A stretch of 64,000 nucleotides of DNA from Scenedesmus sp. PABB004 (GCA_014905635.1 JABVCE010000030.1:62001-126000); one strand, 5' to 3'; counted from the first letter of the stretch, positions 11,030 through 25,295 are shown. The notes: generated by a model from the sequence alone, not told the origin. A program made the numbers and translations.

Positions 11030-13797
11030 GCCGCAGACGCGCCAGCCGCCGCCGCGCAGCCGCCGCCCACGCGTGCACGCGCCCGCCCGCCTGCGTGTCC
11101 CGGCCGCGCGGCAGATTGAGTGCGCAAAGCGCCACGAGTTCTTGCGCATGCTCGTGAGCGTGGTGTGGCAGCACCTCGCGTGCGCGCGGCAGGGCGCGAT
11201 GCTGCTGGGGCGCATTGAGGGGCCCTACAGCGACGCGCTCGGCATCGCCGCGCACGTGGAGCAGGACGGACGCGAGCGCACGGTGCGCGCGCGCACGCGC
11301 CGCGGCGGGCGGGTAGAAGGGAGGGAGGGGGAGCGAGGGGGGAGCCGGCAGCGCACTGCGCCGTCGCGCGCGCGCCCCGGCGGCGGCGGCGCGCTGAGCC
11401 CGCGCGCCGCGCCGCGGGCGCGCAGGCCGCGCTGGCGGCCATGATCGCAGCGGCGACCGAGGCGGCGCGGGCGCGGGAGGCGATCATCGCGCGCGAGGCC
11501 GCGGCAGGCGGCGGCGGCGACGCCGAGCCGTGCGGCGGCGACGGCGTGCACTCGCCGTCCGCCGCGGCGGCCGGCGAGGCCGGCGAGCATGGCGGCGGCT
11601 CGCCGGCGGTCTTTGGCAGCGCCGCAGGCGGCGGCGGCCTTCCCGGCAGCCCGCTGTCGCACGCGGGCAGCGGGCTCGGCGCCGGCGCGGTCGGCGCGCC
11701 CGCCGCGATCGCGGCGACGCCGGGCGGGCCGGTGCAGCTCACGTCGGCGGCCGCGGCGCTGGTGGGCGACATCGAGCGCCTCATCGGCGTCACGCACAGC
11801 AGCGGCGGCGCGCAGGCGCGGCGCCGGCCGCGCCCTGCCGCGCCGCGCCGGCGCCGGCGTGCGCTGCCGGCGCCGCGCCCCTGCGGCACGCGCGCGCTGA
11901 CCGCGCCGCCGCCTCTGCCTGGCCGCCCCGCGGGGGGTGTGGTGCCATAGGTGACTGTGATAAAGCAGGGCTACCTGGTGAAGAAGAGCCAGGGCAAGGG
12001 GCGGGCCGACTGGAAGCGCCGCTTCTTCGTGCTCGACTCGACCGGCCTCATGTACTACTTCTCACACAAGGTGGGACACAGGGCTCAGGGCTCAGGGCTC
12101 AGGGTTTTGGGGGAGGCACAGGGTTCAGGGGGCGAGGCCGGCGCTCGCGCACACGCCGTCGACGCGCCGCGCGCCGACCCCTCCCCGACGCCGCCCCGCC
12201 GCCGACGCCGCCGCTGCCGCCGCGGGCGGGCGGGCGGGCAGGGCGACACGCTGATGCAGCTGGGCGGGCGGGGGCTGCGGCCGAAGAACACGCTGCCCCT
12301 GCTCACGAGCAGCGTCAAGGTCGACGCCGAGGACCCGAGCCTGCGCTGCGCGTTCAGGCGCGACGCGCGGGCACCAGGCCGCACCGCATGTGCGCGCGTG
12401 CGCGCGCGCGCGCGTGCTGCCGCCGCCCCGGCCGACGCCCGGCCCGGCGCCGCAGGGTGGTGAGCCCCGCGGGGACCTACACGCTGCAGGCGGAGAGCGA
12501 GTACGAGCGGGGCGAGTGGATCGCGGCGCTGCAGGTGCGGGGCCGGTCCGGACTGGCCGAGCAAGCGCCCGCGGGGTGCCGACGCGGCGGCTGCGTCGGC
12601 GCTCCTACGCCTGCTGCGGCCCACGCGCCGCCGCCGCCGCCGCCGCCGCCGCCCGGCGCCGCCGGCGCAGGCCGTGATCGGCGCGCTGCTGAACGGCTCG
12701 ATGGACCTGGACAGCCTGCCGCGCGAGCCCAAGCGCCCCACGCACTCGCGGCACAACAGCTTCCAGGAGCTGCCTGGCGGCGGCGGCTCGTGCAGCGGCG
12801 CGGCGCCGGGCGCAGGCGGCGGCGGCGGCGGCTCGCTGCCGGGGTCGCCCCTGTCTGCAGTCGCTGCGTCGCTGGTGCGCCGGCGCTGCGTTGGGCCGGG
12901 GGCGCGCCTGCGGCGCTCCGTGCTTCGGGGGGTTGCGACGCCCGCCGCCGCGCCGCGCCGTGCCGCGCCGCCCCACAGGGCGGCACCCCGGGCAGCAGCC
13001 GCACCACCAGCGGCGCCGGCAGCACCTCGAGCAGCAGCGGCGCCGCGCCCACAGCTGGCGAGCCGGGGCACGCCCGGCTGGTCGCCAGCCCGCTCGCGCC
13101 GTCGCCGCTCAGCGTGGCGACAGCGGCCGACCTGCCACCGCGGCTGCCGCGCGGCAGCAGCGGCGGGCTGGGGCAGGCCGGTGCGGGGCAGGGCGGCAGC
13201 ATCCTGGGCAGTGCGCGCGCGCAGCAGCAGGCGCCGCAGCGACAGCCGCAGCAGGAGCCCGCCGGCGGCGGGCGCGGCGCCGCCGTGCCGCCGCAGGCAT
13301 CGGGGCACGGCCGCGGCGGCAGCGCCGCCGGCGCCAGCGTGCTGGAGCGGCTGCGCGCGCTTCCGGGCAACCGCTGCTGCGCCGACTGCGGCGCGCCCGA
13401 CCCCGACTGGGCGTCGCTCAACCTGGGCGTGCTGCTGTGCATCGAGTGCAGCGGCGTGCACCGCCAGCTGGGCGTGCACGTCAGCAAGGTGCGGCGCGGC
13501 GCGGCGGGGCGACGAGGGGGGGGGGGGGGAGCGAGGCGCAGCGTGGTGCTCGCCCTGCCGAGCGCGCGCGCCGGCGGCGGCTCGCGGGCGCCCGGCGCCG
13601 ACCGCGTGCGGCGCCCGCCCGCGCGCGCGCTGTGACGCCGCCACCGCGCAGGTGCGCAGCTGCACGCTGGATGTGCGTGTGTGGGAGGGCCCCGTGCTGG
13701 AGGTGTTTGAGGCCCTCGGCAACGACGCAGCCAACGCCGTGTGGGAGGCCGGCCTGGCAACGGCGCAGGCAGCAGCGGCGGCGGCGGCGGCGGCGGC

Positions 13798-13844
<47 letters not shown>

Positions 13845-14788
13845 CGGGGCGGCCCCCGGGGGCGGCGTCCGCGGCCGCGGCCGACTCGTGGGTGTGGTGC
13901 GACGCCGACGACGACGCGCCTGGCCCGGACGACGACGGCGGCGGCGGCGGCGGCCCGGGGGGCGCCGCCGCGTGCGCGGCGCGGCCGGCCGTGGCCAAGC
14001 CACTCCCTGGCTCGCCGGTTGAGGCCAAGCGGCGCTACATCACCGCAAAGTACGTCGACCGCGCGCTCGTGGACCCCCAGGCCCGCCTCGCCGGCGCGCA
14101 GGCGGCGCAGGCGGCGCTCTGGGACGCCGTCGAGGCGCGCGACGTGCGGTGCGTGCTCGGGCCGGGGCGCGCGCGGGGGCGGGGCGGGGCGGGCGCGCGG
14201 GGGGCGGCGCGGTGCCGCGCGGCGGGGTGGCGCCGCCGATGGCAGCCGCGCCGGGAGCCGGCGCGCTGACGCCCCGCCCCGCCCCGCCCCGCCCGCGGCA
14301 GGCGCGCGCTGGCGGCGCTGGCGGCGGGCGCGGACGTCAACGCGCCGTGCCGCACGCCCCGCGCGCAGCGCCTCGTACGCGCCACGAGCGCGCGCGACGC
14401 CGCGGGCGGCGCCGGCGCGGGCGCCGACCCGGCGGCCGCGGCGGCGGCGGCGGCGGCTGCCGACGACGCGCCGACGGCCTGCGGCGCTGTCACGGCGCTG
14501 CACGCCGCGGCGGCGGCGGGGTGCGGCGCCGTGCTGGAGCTGCTGCTGCAGGCCGGCGCGGGCGTGGGCCACGCGGACGCGGGCGGGCGCACGGCGCTGC
14601 ACTATGCGCTGCTGCACGGCGCGCAGGGGTGCGCCAAGCAGCTCCTGCGGCTCCACGGCGGCGCGGCGCGCGTCGCGGACGCGCGCGGGCGCACGGCCAT
14701 GGACCTCCTGCTGGCCGCCGGCGCGGTGCGGGACGAGGAGCTGCTGGTGCTGCTCGCGGGCGGCGGCAGCGGCGGCGGCGCGGGCTGA
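9953..14788 (+). CDS. ACAP/AGD1-4-type ARF GTPase-activating protein (BAR-PH-ArfGAP-ankyrin)
   Basis: [18 protein letters not shown] (BAR start); PH domain [11 protein letters not shown]...WKRRFFVL...[18 protein letters not shown]; ArfGAP finger [50 protein letters not shown]; ankyrin repeats [18 protein letters not shown]. Confidence 0.93.
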
Positions 14789-14869
14789 GCGCGCTGGGCG
14801 GCGCCGCCGGCCAACACCGCGGTGTTGCAACCTCCCTCCCTCGCCGCGCAGCACGGCGGCCGGCCCCGC

Positions 14870-14998
14870 CTACTTGTGCCGGCCCTTCTTGCTGCCGCGC
14901 TCGCCGCCGCCGCCGCCGCTGGCGCCGCCCGCCGGGCGCTTGCTGCCGCGCCCGCGCCCGCCGCCGCCGTCGCGGCGCTCCTCCCGCGCGGGGCCGCC

Positions 14999-15046
<48 letters not shown>

Positions 15047-17345
15047 GCCACCGCCAAACTCGTCGCTCTCGCGCGGCCCGCCGCGCCCGCGCCCGCCGCC
15101 GCGCCCGCGCCCGCCGCCGCGCCCCCCGCCGCGGCCGCGCCCCCTGCCGCGCGGTGGGGCGCGTGAGAGGCCAATCTTCTCCTCCTCGCCCGGCTCCGCG
15201 CCGACCTCGGCCCGGTAGTACGCGACGTCGTCGTCCTCCTCCTCGCCCTCGCCGTCGCTGCCCGGCGCGCCGCCGTCGCGCTGCTGCGCGCGCCACCACT
15301 GCTTGGCCGCCTCCGCCGCGGCCTCGTCGGGCGTGCGCGCGGCCTGGCGCTTGGCCTCGGCGGCCTCCGCCTTGCGCCGCTTCTCCGCCTGCGCAGGAAG
15401 CGAGCGCGCACGTGGCGGGCAGGGGGCTCGGCGGGGGGCGGCGAGCTGGCAGCGGCGCCGCCCCTGCGCCTCGCGCCCCCGTGCGCCCCCGCGCGCGCCC
15501 CTCTCTCGCGCGCGCCGCCCATCCGCCGCCGCACCTCCTTGCGCCGCACGTTGTCCTCCTGCTCGCGCCGGCGCTGCGCGCGCAGGCGCGCGGCCTCGTC
15601 CTTGGCCGCCTGCTGCGCCTTGTTCTGCGCCTTGGTGCGGCGCTCGTGCGCGTGGTACAGCACCGCGCCGCCGCAGAGGCCCTCCTCCACCTGCGGCGCG
15701 GCGGGGCGTGGCGGGGCTCGCGACGCAAGCGGCTGCGCACGCCGCCGCCGCTGGCGGCGCGACTCTCCCCCGCCGCCGCCGCCTTGCGCCCCCCGGCGCC
15801 CCCGGGCCGCTGGTCGCCGCCGCACCTTGACGATCTCCAGCTCCAGCCGCGGCCCGACCTCGTGCAGCCGCACGCGGCTCTGCCGCCCCACGAGCGCGCG
15901 GCCCGCGCGCCCCGGCGCCGCCGCGCCCAGCACGACGCGCGACGCCTCGGCGTCCTCGCCCTCGCTCTCCTGCGGCGCGCGTGGCGCGCGGCGCGTGGGC
16001 GGCTCGCCGCCGCGCGCCGCGCGCGGGCGCCGCCGCCGCGGCGCTCACCGAGCCGTAGCCGCTGCGCGTGATGAGCTCGCTCACGTCCTGCAGGCCGCCG
16101 AGGTCGGGCAGCGCCTGGCGCGTGACCAGGGCCTTGAGGCTCTTCTTGACGCCGCTCGGCGCTGGGCGCGTCAACATGACACGACACGGCGGCGCGCGGG
16201 CGGGCGCGGACCGGGCCGGCGCGTCAGCGGCATGGGCGGCAGGCCCGAGCTGGCGCCGGTGGCGCCGGCGGCAGCGCCGGGCCCCGCACCTGTGCTGATG
16301 GTGAAGTGGCGCAGGCTGATGACGCCGGTCGCGGGGTCGGCGCTGAGCAGCACCACGCGCTGGCAGGTCGCGAGGTTGACGGCGTGGACGTTGAGCGAGG
16401 GGAACATGCCCTGCAGCATGCTGCCCGCGAGCGCGAGCTGCTTGGCGCCGCCGCCAAAGTTGTTCAGCACGAGCAGCGGCGCCGACTTGAACGCGTTTGG
16501 CGGCACGCGCGGCCGCGCCTGCGCCGCCGCGACGTCGGCCATGAGGCTGTACGACCGGATGCGCAGCGTCACCGTGGGGCCCTGCGCGCCGCAGGCGCGC
16601 GGCCGGGGCGCGGTCGGGGCGGCGCCGCGGCCCGCCACGCCGCGCGGTGTGCGCCACGCCGCGCGCCGCGCCACGCCGCGCGCTGCGCCCTGCCGGCGCC
16701 GCCGCGTCGCGCCGCTGCCGCGCTGCCCCCTGCCGCACCCGCGGCGCCTTGGCGAGGCGCAGGTAGGAGGCCTTGTCGGTGGCGGTGAGGATGACAAAGT
16801 GCGTCACGCCCAGGGGGCCGGCGACAGAGACAAAGTCCTTCAGGCTGTTGCGCCGGCTCTCGCGCAGCGCCGCCGCCGTGTGCGGCAGCATCATGCGCCG
16901 CACGTCGCTCTCCAGCTCCGCCAGCATGCCCTGCCGGCGGCGGGGACGCGGCGGCGCGGCGGCGTGGGCGGGGGCGCCGGCCGCCGGCCGCCGGCTGCCG
17001 CTGGCAGCAGCGCCGCTGGCAGCAGTGCCGCCGGCGCGCGTGCGGCGCGCCGCGGGCGCCCGCCGCGCGCCACGAGGTGCCCAGGCCCTGTCCCGACCGG
17101 GTGCGCCATCTGCCGCCCCGCGGCGGCGCGCCCGCGCGCACCCAGTGCTTGCCGCGCCGGAACACGAACGTCTGCGGCTCCCCCTTCTTCGCCGGGTCCG
17201 CGCCCTCCACCACGTGCGAGCGCTTCTTCCTCTGCGCGTGTGGCGAGCAGCGCGTCGAGCGGCGCGCCCCAGGGGGCCCGGGCGGGCGGGATGCTGCGGC
17301 CGTGCGGCGCGGCCGCCGGGGCCGCACCCGGCGCGTGCGCGCCAT
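14870..17345 (-). CDS. PPAN: Peter Pan / Ssf1 Brix-domain ribosome biogenesis protein
   Basis: PQTFVFRRGK, DVRRMMLPHTA, NSLKDFVSVAGPLGVTHF, GPTVTLRIRSYSL, PLLVLNNF, VRLHEVGPRLELEIVK|VEEGLCGGAVLYH; RGG-rich C-terminus. Confidence 0.93.
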
Positions 17346-18335
17346 GGCTGCGCGGCTGTGCGGGCTACGGGGGGAGCCGCGAGACCGCTGGCGGCGGCGC
17401 GCAGGCGCTGCTGCTGCCTGGGCGGAGCGGCGGCCGCGGCGGCGAGCGCTGCTGCTGCTGCTCCTGGCGCGGGCTGTGTCTTGTCGCGGAGCGGGCGGGC
17501 GCGGTCGCGCAGGGGATTGGAGAGCAGGGCGGCGCCGCAGCTGTTGCCGTGCCCGAGGTCAGGCGCAACGTCGCATCCAGAACCGCGCCGCTGCGCGCTG
17601 CGCCGCCGCCGCCGCCGGTCGCGACCGGCCCCGACACGAACCCTCGAATGCGCGAGCGGGGCCCCCCACACAAGTGCTCAAATGCTCGAAGACTCAGAGA
17701 GGCGCTCTCGCGCGCCCACGCGGGCCAGGGGGCGCCGCGTGTGCCCCGCGGGCGACCGGCGGGCGGGGCGGCGGCAGCGGCCCTGCACGGCACCGCGCGC
17801 CGCTGCTGCCCGGCCGGGCGGCAGCGGCGCGCGATGGCAGGCGCCCCTGCCGCCGCCCCGCCCACGCGCGGCGCGGCCCCTGGCGTTTTCTTGGCAGTGC
17901 GCCATCGTCATCGTCATCGTAGTGCGGTGGAGTGCGTGCTCCGCATGCAAATCGGGCGCCGCCGCCGCCAGAATACCCCCGCGCGGCCGCGGCCGGCCGC
18001 CGCGCCCCCGCGCCGCCGCCACGCCACGGTGGGCACAGGTGGCGGCGGCGCGGGGGCCACAGCGCGCGGCCGGCCGGGCGCGCCCGCGCTCTCCCCCGTG
18101 GCCGGCCCGTCCCCCCGCCCGCCCGCCCGCGCGGGGGCGGCCCCGGCCCCCGCGGCGCCGCGCGCGTCGTCGCGGCGGCGCCACAGGCGGCGGCCGGGCG
18201 CCCCCGCGGGGCTCCGCCTCGTTCGGCCCCGCCCCCGGGAGCCCGCCTCGTCCCTCCCTCGCCCGCTCCGCCTCCCCTCAGCCGCCCCGCCCCGCCCGCC
18301 GCCGCCTCGCCACCGGCTCGCCCCCGGCGCCGCGC

Positions 18336-21300
18336 TCAGGCGTCCATGTCGTCCTCCTTCACCTGGTTGGGCGGGACCATGCCGGGGATGGCCTGCAGCC
18401 GCGCCGCCGCCTCGGCGATCTTGGCCGCCGTCTCCTCGGCGTAGAGCTGCCCCGTCTCGGCGTTGCCAAACGCCTTGGTCTGCACCAGGAAGTCGCGCAT
18501 GTGGTGCTTGAACGCGCGCTTGTCCTCGATACCCAGCATGCCCGCCACCGCGGCCTGGACCTGAGGGGCCAGGGGGTCAGGGGGGTGGGTGTGGGTGTGT
18601 GTGTGGGGAGGGGGGGGGGGGCGGCGCAGGGCGCGTCAGAGGGCGCGCGGGGCGGGCGCCGGGCGGCGGCGCGCAGCGAGGCGCGCGGGGCGCGGGGCGC
18701 ATGCGCTGCGTGGCATCAGGCGGGCGCGGGTGAGGCGGGTGGTGGCGCACCTGCACGGGCGTCATGTTTGGGAAGCTGCCGGTCAGCAGGCCGCACACAT
18801 ACTCCTGCACAAACGCGGCGTTGCTGGGGTAGGCGGACGGGCCCTTGGCCTGCGGCGCGCGGCAGGCAGGGCGCGGGGCGAGGGGTGAGCAGTGCGCGGG
18901 CGCGGAGCGAGGGGTGAGCAGTGCGCGCGGCGCCGCGCGCGGCCGCGCGCGGCACCCCGCCGCGCGCCGCCCCCGCAGCGCCGCCGCGCACGCGCGCCGC
19001 TGCGCGCGCACCGCGACGTCCCAGAGCGGCGCGGTGATGGTGCTGACGCCGGGGCGCACGAGGCCGAAGAGGTGCAGCAGGATCTTGCAGTGCAGCTTGA
19101 AGCCGGGCGTGTGGAAGGTGTCGGTCAGCACCGCAAACACCTCGCGCAGCAGCTGCGTGTAGTAGGCCTGGTGGAAGGGCGTCGCGTACTCGCCGCCAGC
19201 AAAGCTCTTCAGCATGTCCTGCGTGTGTGTGTGTGTGGCAGGGCAGCGGGCGCGGCGGTGTGTGAGGGGTGCGGCAGTGAGGAGGGAGGAGTGGGGGCCG
19301 CGCGGCGCGGACGTGCGGATGTGCGGCGCGGGTGTGCGGCGCGGGTGTGCGGCGCGAGTGTGCGGCGCGGGCGCGGCTGCGGCGGCGCGCACGTCGAGCA
19401 GGAGCAGCCCCGTCTCTGCGACGTTGCGCTCGGTGTGCCTGAACGCCCACACGATGGAGTCGATGAGCAGCTTGAGCTGGGGCGGGCTCATCGCAAAGAG
19501 GCAGGCGAAGCAGTGGTTGGTGATGGCGTGCAGGAGGGCGAAGAAGCGGAGGCGGTGCTCGGGGAAGTCCTCAAAGTTGGCCGTGATCATGCCCAGCGTC
19601 GGCTCAAACACCGCCGCCAGCACCTTGGGCACCTCCGGCTCCATCGCGCCCTTGAGCTTCTTGACCACCGCCGCAAACAGGCTCAGCACCTCCGGCTCGC
19701 TGACAAACGCACGCAGCGCGGGCGGGGCGGGCGGGACGCGGGCAGGGCGCGGCGCGGGCGGGGCGCGGGGGTCGGCGGCCAGCGGCGGCGTGCGGCGCGG
19801 CGCGGCGCGGCTGGGCGCGCCCCACGTGTCAGCGCGCGCGCCGCGCCCGGGCCGGGGGTCGCTCACCGCGCGTCGGGCACGCTCGCGGCGTAGTCTCCGA
19901 GCAGGGGGTCCATGAGGGCGGGCACAAACTTGGTGGCCAGCAGCGCCTCGTCCTCGCACTTGTCCACAAAGACCTCGGTCAGGCGCAGCACCGCCTTCTT
20001 CACGGACCGACTGCGCGCACGCGGGAGACGGGGGGGGGGGGGGGGGGTGAGTGTGTGAGCGGGCGTCGGGCGCGCAGGGGGCTGGGCGCGCAGAGAGCGC
20101 GGCGCGGCGCGGGGGCGGCGTGGGCGGGGGCGGCGCGGGGGTCTCTCACAGGTACTTGACGAAGCTGCTGCGCGCGGCGTGGGGCCCGCCGGTCGCGATC
20201 GCGGCGCTCACGCTCTCGCTGTACAGCCGGTACACCTGCGTGGGGGTGTGGGTGTGGGTGTGTGTGTGTGTGTGGGGGGGGGGTGTGGGCGCCGAGCACG
20301 CATGGCGCGGCGCCGCCGCGCCCCAGACGCCCCCACGCCCGCACCGCCCGGTGCACGAGCGCGCGCGCGCGCCTGCAGCATGGAGTCTGCCATGTTGACC
20401 ATCTGGCTGAGGTAGGGGTGGCCGAGGCTGGTGCAGACGGAGACGTTGGTCTGCAGCACGTTGGTGAGGCTCTTGATGACCTCCTGCTGCTTCAGCACCT
20501 CCGGCGCCGCGCCCGCCTGCGCGAGGATGGCGCCCCAGATGTTGTTGGGCGGCGCCATCAGCCGCGACAGGTACTCGTCGCGCTTCACGGGGTCGCCTGC
20601 GGCGGGGAGGGCGGGAAGGGGGGGGGGCGTGGTGTGTGAGGGCCGGCCGGGGGCGGGCCGCGCCGCCGCGTGGTGCGCCTCGGCCGCTCCGCAGCCGCCA
20701 GCGCCCCTCCGCCGGCAGCGCCGTCAGCGCCCCTGCCTCCACACACACACACGCGCGCCCCCCCGGCCGGCCCTGCCCCGCCCCCGGCTCACTCTCCGCG
20801 CCAATCATGAGGCCCACGCTCTCGAAGAAGGAGTGGATCTGGTGGGGCTGCAGGTCCTGGATCGTCGCGGGCAGGTGGTCGAGCAGCTCCGCGACAAAGG
20901 GCTGCTGCTCCTGGAGCTGCAGCACCACAAACTTGCGCTTGCACTTGTTGGAGATCTTGAGGAACGTGTCGCACGCCATGTCCTGCGCGCGAGGGTGGGG
21001 GGGGGTGGGGTGGGGGGGGGGGGGGGGGGGGGGGGGGGGGGCGCTCAGGCAGCGAGGGAGGGCGGGGCGAGGCGCCGCGGGGCGCGGACGGGCGGCGCGG
21101 CGGCGCGCGCGCGCCGCGCAGGCCCCGCCGCCGCCGCCGCTGCCGCCGCCGGCCCGTGCGCGCGCGCGCCTGCACGCCGGGGTGCGTCTCGTGCATGAAC
21201 TCAAACAGCTTGTTCACGACCGTCTTGAGGAACTTCCAGTGCGCGCGCAGGAACTTGGGGTACTGACCCACCACGTACCTGGGCGCACGTGGGCGCGCGG

Positions 21301-24300
21301 CGGGCGGCAGGGGCGGCGGGGGGCAGGGGCGGGGCCGGCGTCAGCGCGGCGCGCGCGCGCGCCGCCGCGGCGGCAGCGCCTGGTCGGCCGCCCAGGCGCG
21401 GGCGCGCGCTGGGCGCGCGCGCGCGCGCGCGCTGGGCGCGCTGTGTGTGCGGGGCGCGCAGGGGTCCCCGGCTCACATGATGTTGCTGGCGATGACCGCC
21501 TTGTTGTCCTTGCCGCGCGTGATCTCGCACAGGTTGAGCAGGTCGCGGATGACGGTCACCAGGAAGCGGTTCTCCTGCTCCTCCTGCGCGGTGTGGGCGG
21601 GCGGGTGCGTGCGTGCGTGTGTGTGTGGGGGGGGGGGGGGGGGGGGGGGGGGGGCGTCAGGGAACGGCGCGAGGCGTCAGGCGGCGCGCCGGGCGGGCCG
21701 CGGCAGCAGGGTGGCGGCGCGGGAGCGGCCCCCGCGCTGTGCCCCGCGCGGCGGCGCCCCGCGCGGGGCCCCGCTGGGCGCGCACGTGCATGGAGCCCGA
21801 GATGGACCCGATGGCCCAGCAGAGCGTGTTGAGTCCGTTCCAGGTCCACGACCCGCCCATCTGCCCGCGCAGCTTGTCGAGCATCTGGTACTCCGTGTCC
21901 TCGTAGTCGAGGTGGCTCAGGTAGATCAGCGTCTCACGCATCGTCCTGCGCGGGGTGTGTGGGGGGGGAGGGGAGCGGCAGGGGGAGCGGCAGGGGAGGG
22001 GGGACAGAGGACAGAGGGAGGGGGCGTGAGGGCGTGCGGCTCAGGGGGGTGGGGTGGGGGGTGCAGCGCGGCGGCGCGGCGGCGGGGCGTCATACGCGCA
22101 GCACAGGCGCCTACGCGCGCGCGCGCCCCCGTACAGCACACGCGCCTGTACTGCACGAGGACGTCGTTGTCCTTCATCGTCTCGCGCACGATGTTGCCGT
22201 TCTCGTCCTCGACCACGATCACCTCCTCGGGCTTGGCCATGCGGTTGATCATGAGCGCGCGCAGCTTGCTCAGCACGCCACTGTACAGCGCCTTGCGCCC
22301 GCAGGCGCCGGGCGGGCCGCCGTTGGCCGCGGCGCCGCCGGCGGCGCCGGGCGGCGAGCCAAAGCTGAACCCGCCGTCGCCGCCCGCCGCGCCGGGCATG
22401 CCCGCCGCCATGAGCGCGCCCTGGCACTGGCTGGTGTAGATGTCGGCGACGAAGACGTTCCAGTAGTCGAGGCAGGTCTTGAAGACCTCCGTGTCCTCCA
22501 CGTAGCTGATCGCGATCAGGTTGTCCAGCCCCAGCCGCAGCACCTCGTGGTCGGAGGCCTCGCCCTCCAGGAACTGGATGTGGTGCTGCGGGGCGGCGCG
22601 GCGGCGCCGGCGGCGCGGCGCGGGCGTGGGCGTGGGGGGCGGCGCCGGGCCCGGGCCCGGGCCCGGGCGGGCCGCGCCCCCGGCGCGGCGGCGGCCCGGC
22701 GCAGCGGCAGCGCCTGCACCGCGGTGGCGCGCGCGGCGCGGCGCGGCGGGCGCGCGTGGTGATGCGGTGGTGGTCCTGCCGTGCCGCACCTTGAAGAAGC
22801 CGGTGTAGAAGAGGGCCAGGTTTTGCACAAACGCCTGCTGCTCGTCGGTGCCGCCCTCGTACGCGGCCGCGAGGTTGGTCCCGGGCGGCAGGATGCTCAC
22901 GAGCGCGGCGCTGAACATGCGGTAAAACGTGCCAAAGTGGGTGTCAAACTCGGGCGGCATCTGCAGGCTCCCAACCTGCGGCGGGTGCGCGGCCGCAGCA
23001 CGGCGGCAGCGGGTCGGCGCGTGGCGCAGGCGCGCACGGCGTGCGCGGCGTGTGCAGCGCGCGCAGCGCCCCGGGCCGCGCGCGGCGCCCCCGGGCCGCG
23101 CGCCGCGCCCCCGGGCCGCGGGCCGCGCCTCAGTGAGGCACTGCAGCGCGACGTTGCGGAAGGGCGCCTGCGGGAAGAGGCCGAGGAGGGCGGGCACGAG
23201 GCTGCTCTCAAAGATGTACCCCGGCGGCACCCAGGACAGGTACGCCGCGAGCGCGGTGAGCGTCGCGCGCAGGAGCTCCGTCTTGCGCGTGTTGGAGAGC
23301 ACAAACATGCAGAGCTCGTGGATGGAGCGGAACTCGTTGTTCAGCGTCGCCTTGAGCTCGCGCGTCTTGGCCTGCAGGCGACCACGCGCGGCGCCGCGGG
23401 TGAGTGGCGCGGCGCGCCGCGGCGCGGCGCGCCCGCGTGCCCGCGTGCCCGCCCGCCCGCCCGCCAGCCGGCGCTCGCTCGCGGCCGGCGCGGCGCGGCG
23501 CGCGCCTGGGTGAGCTCGCCGCGCGAAAAGTCAAAGACCTCCTCGCTGAGGAGCTTGAGGATGGTCATGCTGTTCTCGCAGAGCGTCTCGTTGGTCTTGC
23601 TCGCCGCGACAATGTCGGGGATGAAGCTCGACCACTTGTGCGGCCAGTCCTGCGCGGCACGCACGCGTCGCGGGGCGCGCGGGCGCGTCAGCCGCGGGCG
23701 CGTCGCCGCGGCGGCGCCGCCGCCGCCGCGCGCCAGCGCTGCGCGTCGCCGGGGGCCCCCCCGCTGCGCGGCGGCGCCGCGCCTGCTTGAGGATCTGGAC
23801 GAGGATGAGGTTGAGCTTGTTGATGAAGGTGCTCTCCGCGCGGTAGAGGGCCTCGTTGGTGGAGCTCTTGATGATGAGGTTGCTCACGTAGTTCTTGATG
23901 CCCTCCCGCTGCTCCGCCGGCAGCGCCGCCCACTTGAACTTGATGACGCCCTCCAGGATCTGCGGGCGCGCGGGGCGCGGCGCGGGGCGGGGCGCGCGCG
24001 CGCGTCGGCCGCGCGACGGCGGGCGCCGCGCGGCGCGCGCCGCAACCGCCGCCGCCGCGCGCGCGGGGCCGGCGCCGCCGCCGCTGCAGGGCCTGCGGCA
24101 CCGGCCCCAAGGCGTCACCGTCCCCTGGCGCACCTGCAGGGCGAAAAACTTGGTCTGCTGCGTCTTGGCCTGCTCCAGGATGCTGTCCACCCGCGTCCAG
24201 GCGTCGGGGTGGTCCTGGAAGGCCTTCAGCACGGCCTCGGCAGCCACGCGCTGCGGCAGGGGCGCGTGGGAGGGGCGGGCGCATGCATGCGCGCCTCAGC

Positions 24301-24623
24301 GGCGCCGCGGGACTGCACGAAGCCTGCGCGACACCGCTCCGCCCCGCCTGCTGGCCCGCCCCCGCCGCGCCGCGCGACGACCGCGCGGCAGTGTGCGCGG
24401 GAAGGCCCAGCGCAGGCACCGCGGGCGCCCGCGCGCCGTGGCGCGGCCGCCACGCGCGCTGCGCGGCCGCTGATTGCCCCGCCCGCCCGCTGCTGCCAGC
24501 CCCGCGCACCTGCTCGGCCGTGCCCGCGCCGTAGAAGAGGCCGACGGTCGACTCCAGCAGGTCGACATCGACGGGCGCCGACCAGTTGAGCAGCGCGTGC
24601 GCGGGCGCCCCGCCAGTGGCCAT
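18336..24623 (-). CDS. XPO1: Exportin-1 (CRM1), about 18 exons
   Basis: [128 protein letters not shown]-terminal IPGMVPPNQ. Confidence 0.97.
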
Positions 24624-25056
24624 CTCGCTCGCTCGTCCCGGCCCCGCGGCCTCTCCCGTCCGGTGCAGCTCCCGCGGCTGCTGCTCGATGCCGCTCGAGC
24701 CGGCGGCGCTGCGCTCAGCTGCTGGGCATGGGCTGAGCAGCAGCGGGTTGTGGTGGTGCGCGTGGCCTCCGACCTCGCGAGCGTCTCGATCCTGGCGTCC
24801 CCCACAAGCGAGCCGACCGCAATGGCGGCGGCAACGGAGCGTGCGCAGGCAAGGCGCGCCCCGCCGCCGGCATAACGGCGACCCGCGACTGCGCCGCCGC
24901 GCCCGCCCGGTGCGCCGCCTGTCGCCGCGCGCCGCGTCGCGCCGCCGGCATACCCCCCGGCACGAGCAGGGCACGCCGCGCCCACACCCGCGACACGCGA
25001 GTGCCCTGCCCGCCGCCGGCAGCAGCGCACGCGCCGCCCGCGGCAGCGGGCGCGCC

Positions 25057-25244
25057 ATGCGGCGGCGCCTGCTGGCGGCGCTGCGCAGGTGGGGCGGCGC
25101 CGCATGACACTCGCCGCCGGGCACCGCGCCGGCCGCTCACGTGCCGCCGCCGCCGCCCCGCAGCGGCCGGCTGCTGGCCGCCGCCCCAGACGCCGCCTCG
25201 CCTGGCGCGCCGGGCGGCGCGTGGCGGCTGGCGCAGGTGCTGCA

Positions 25245-25295
<51 letters not shown>

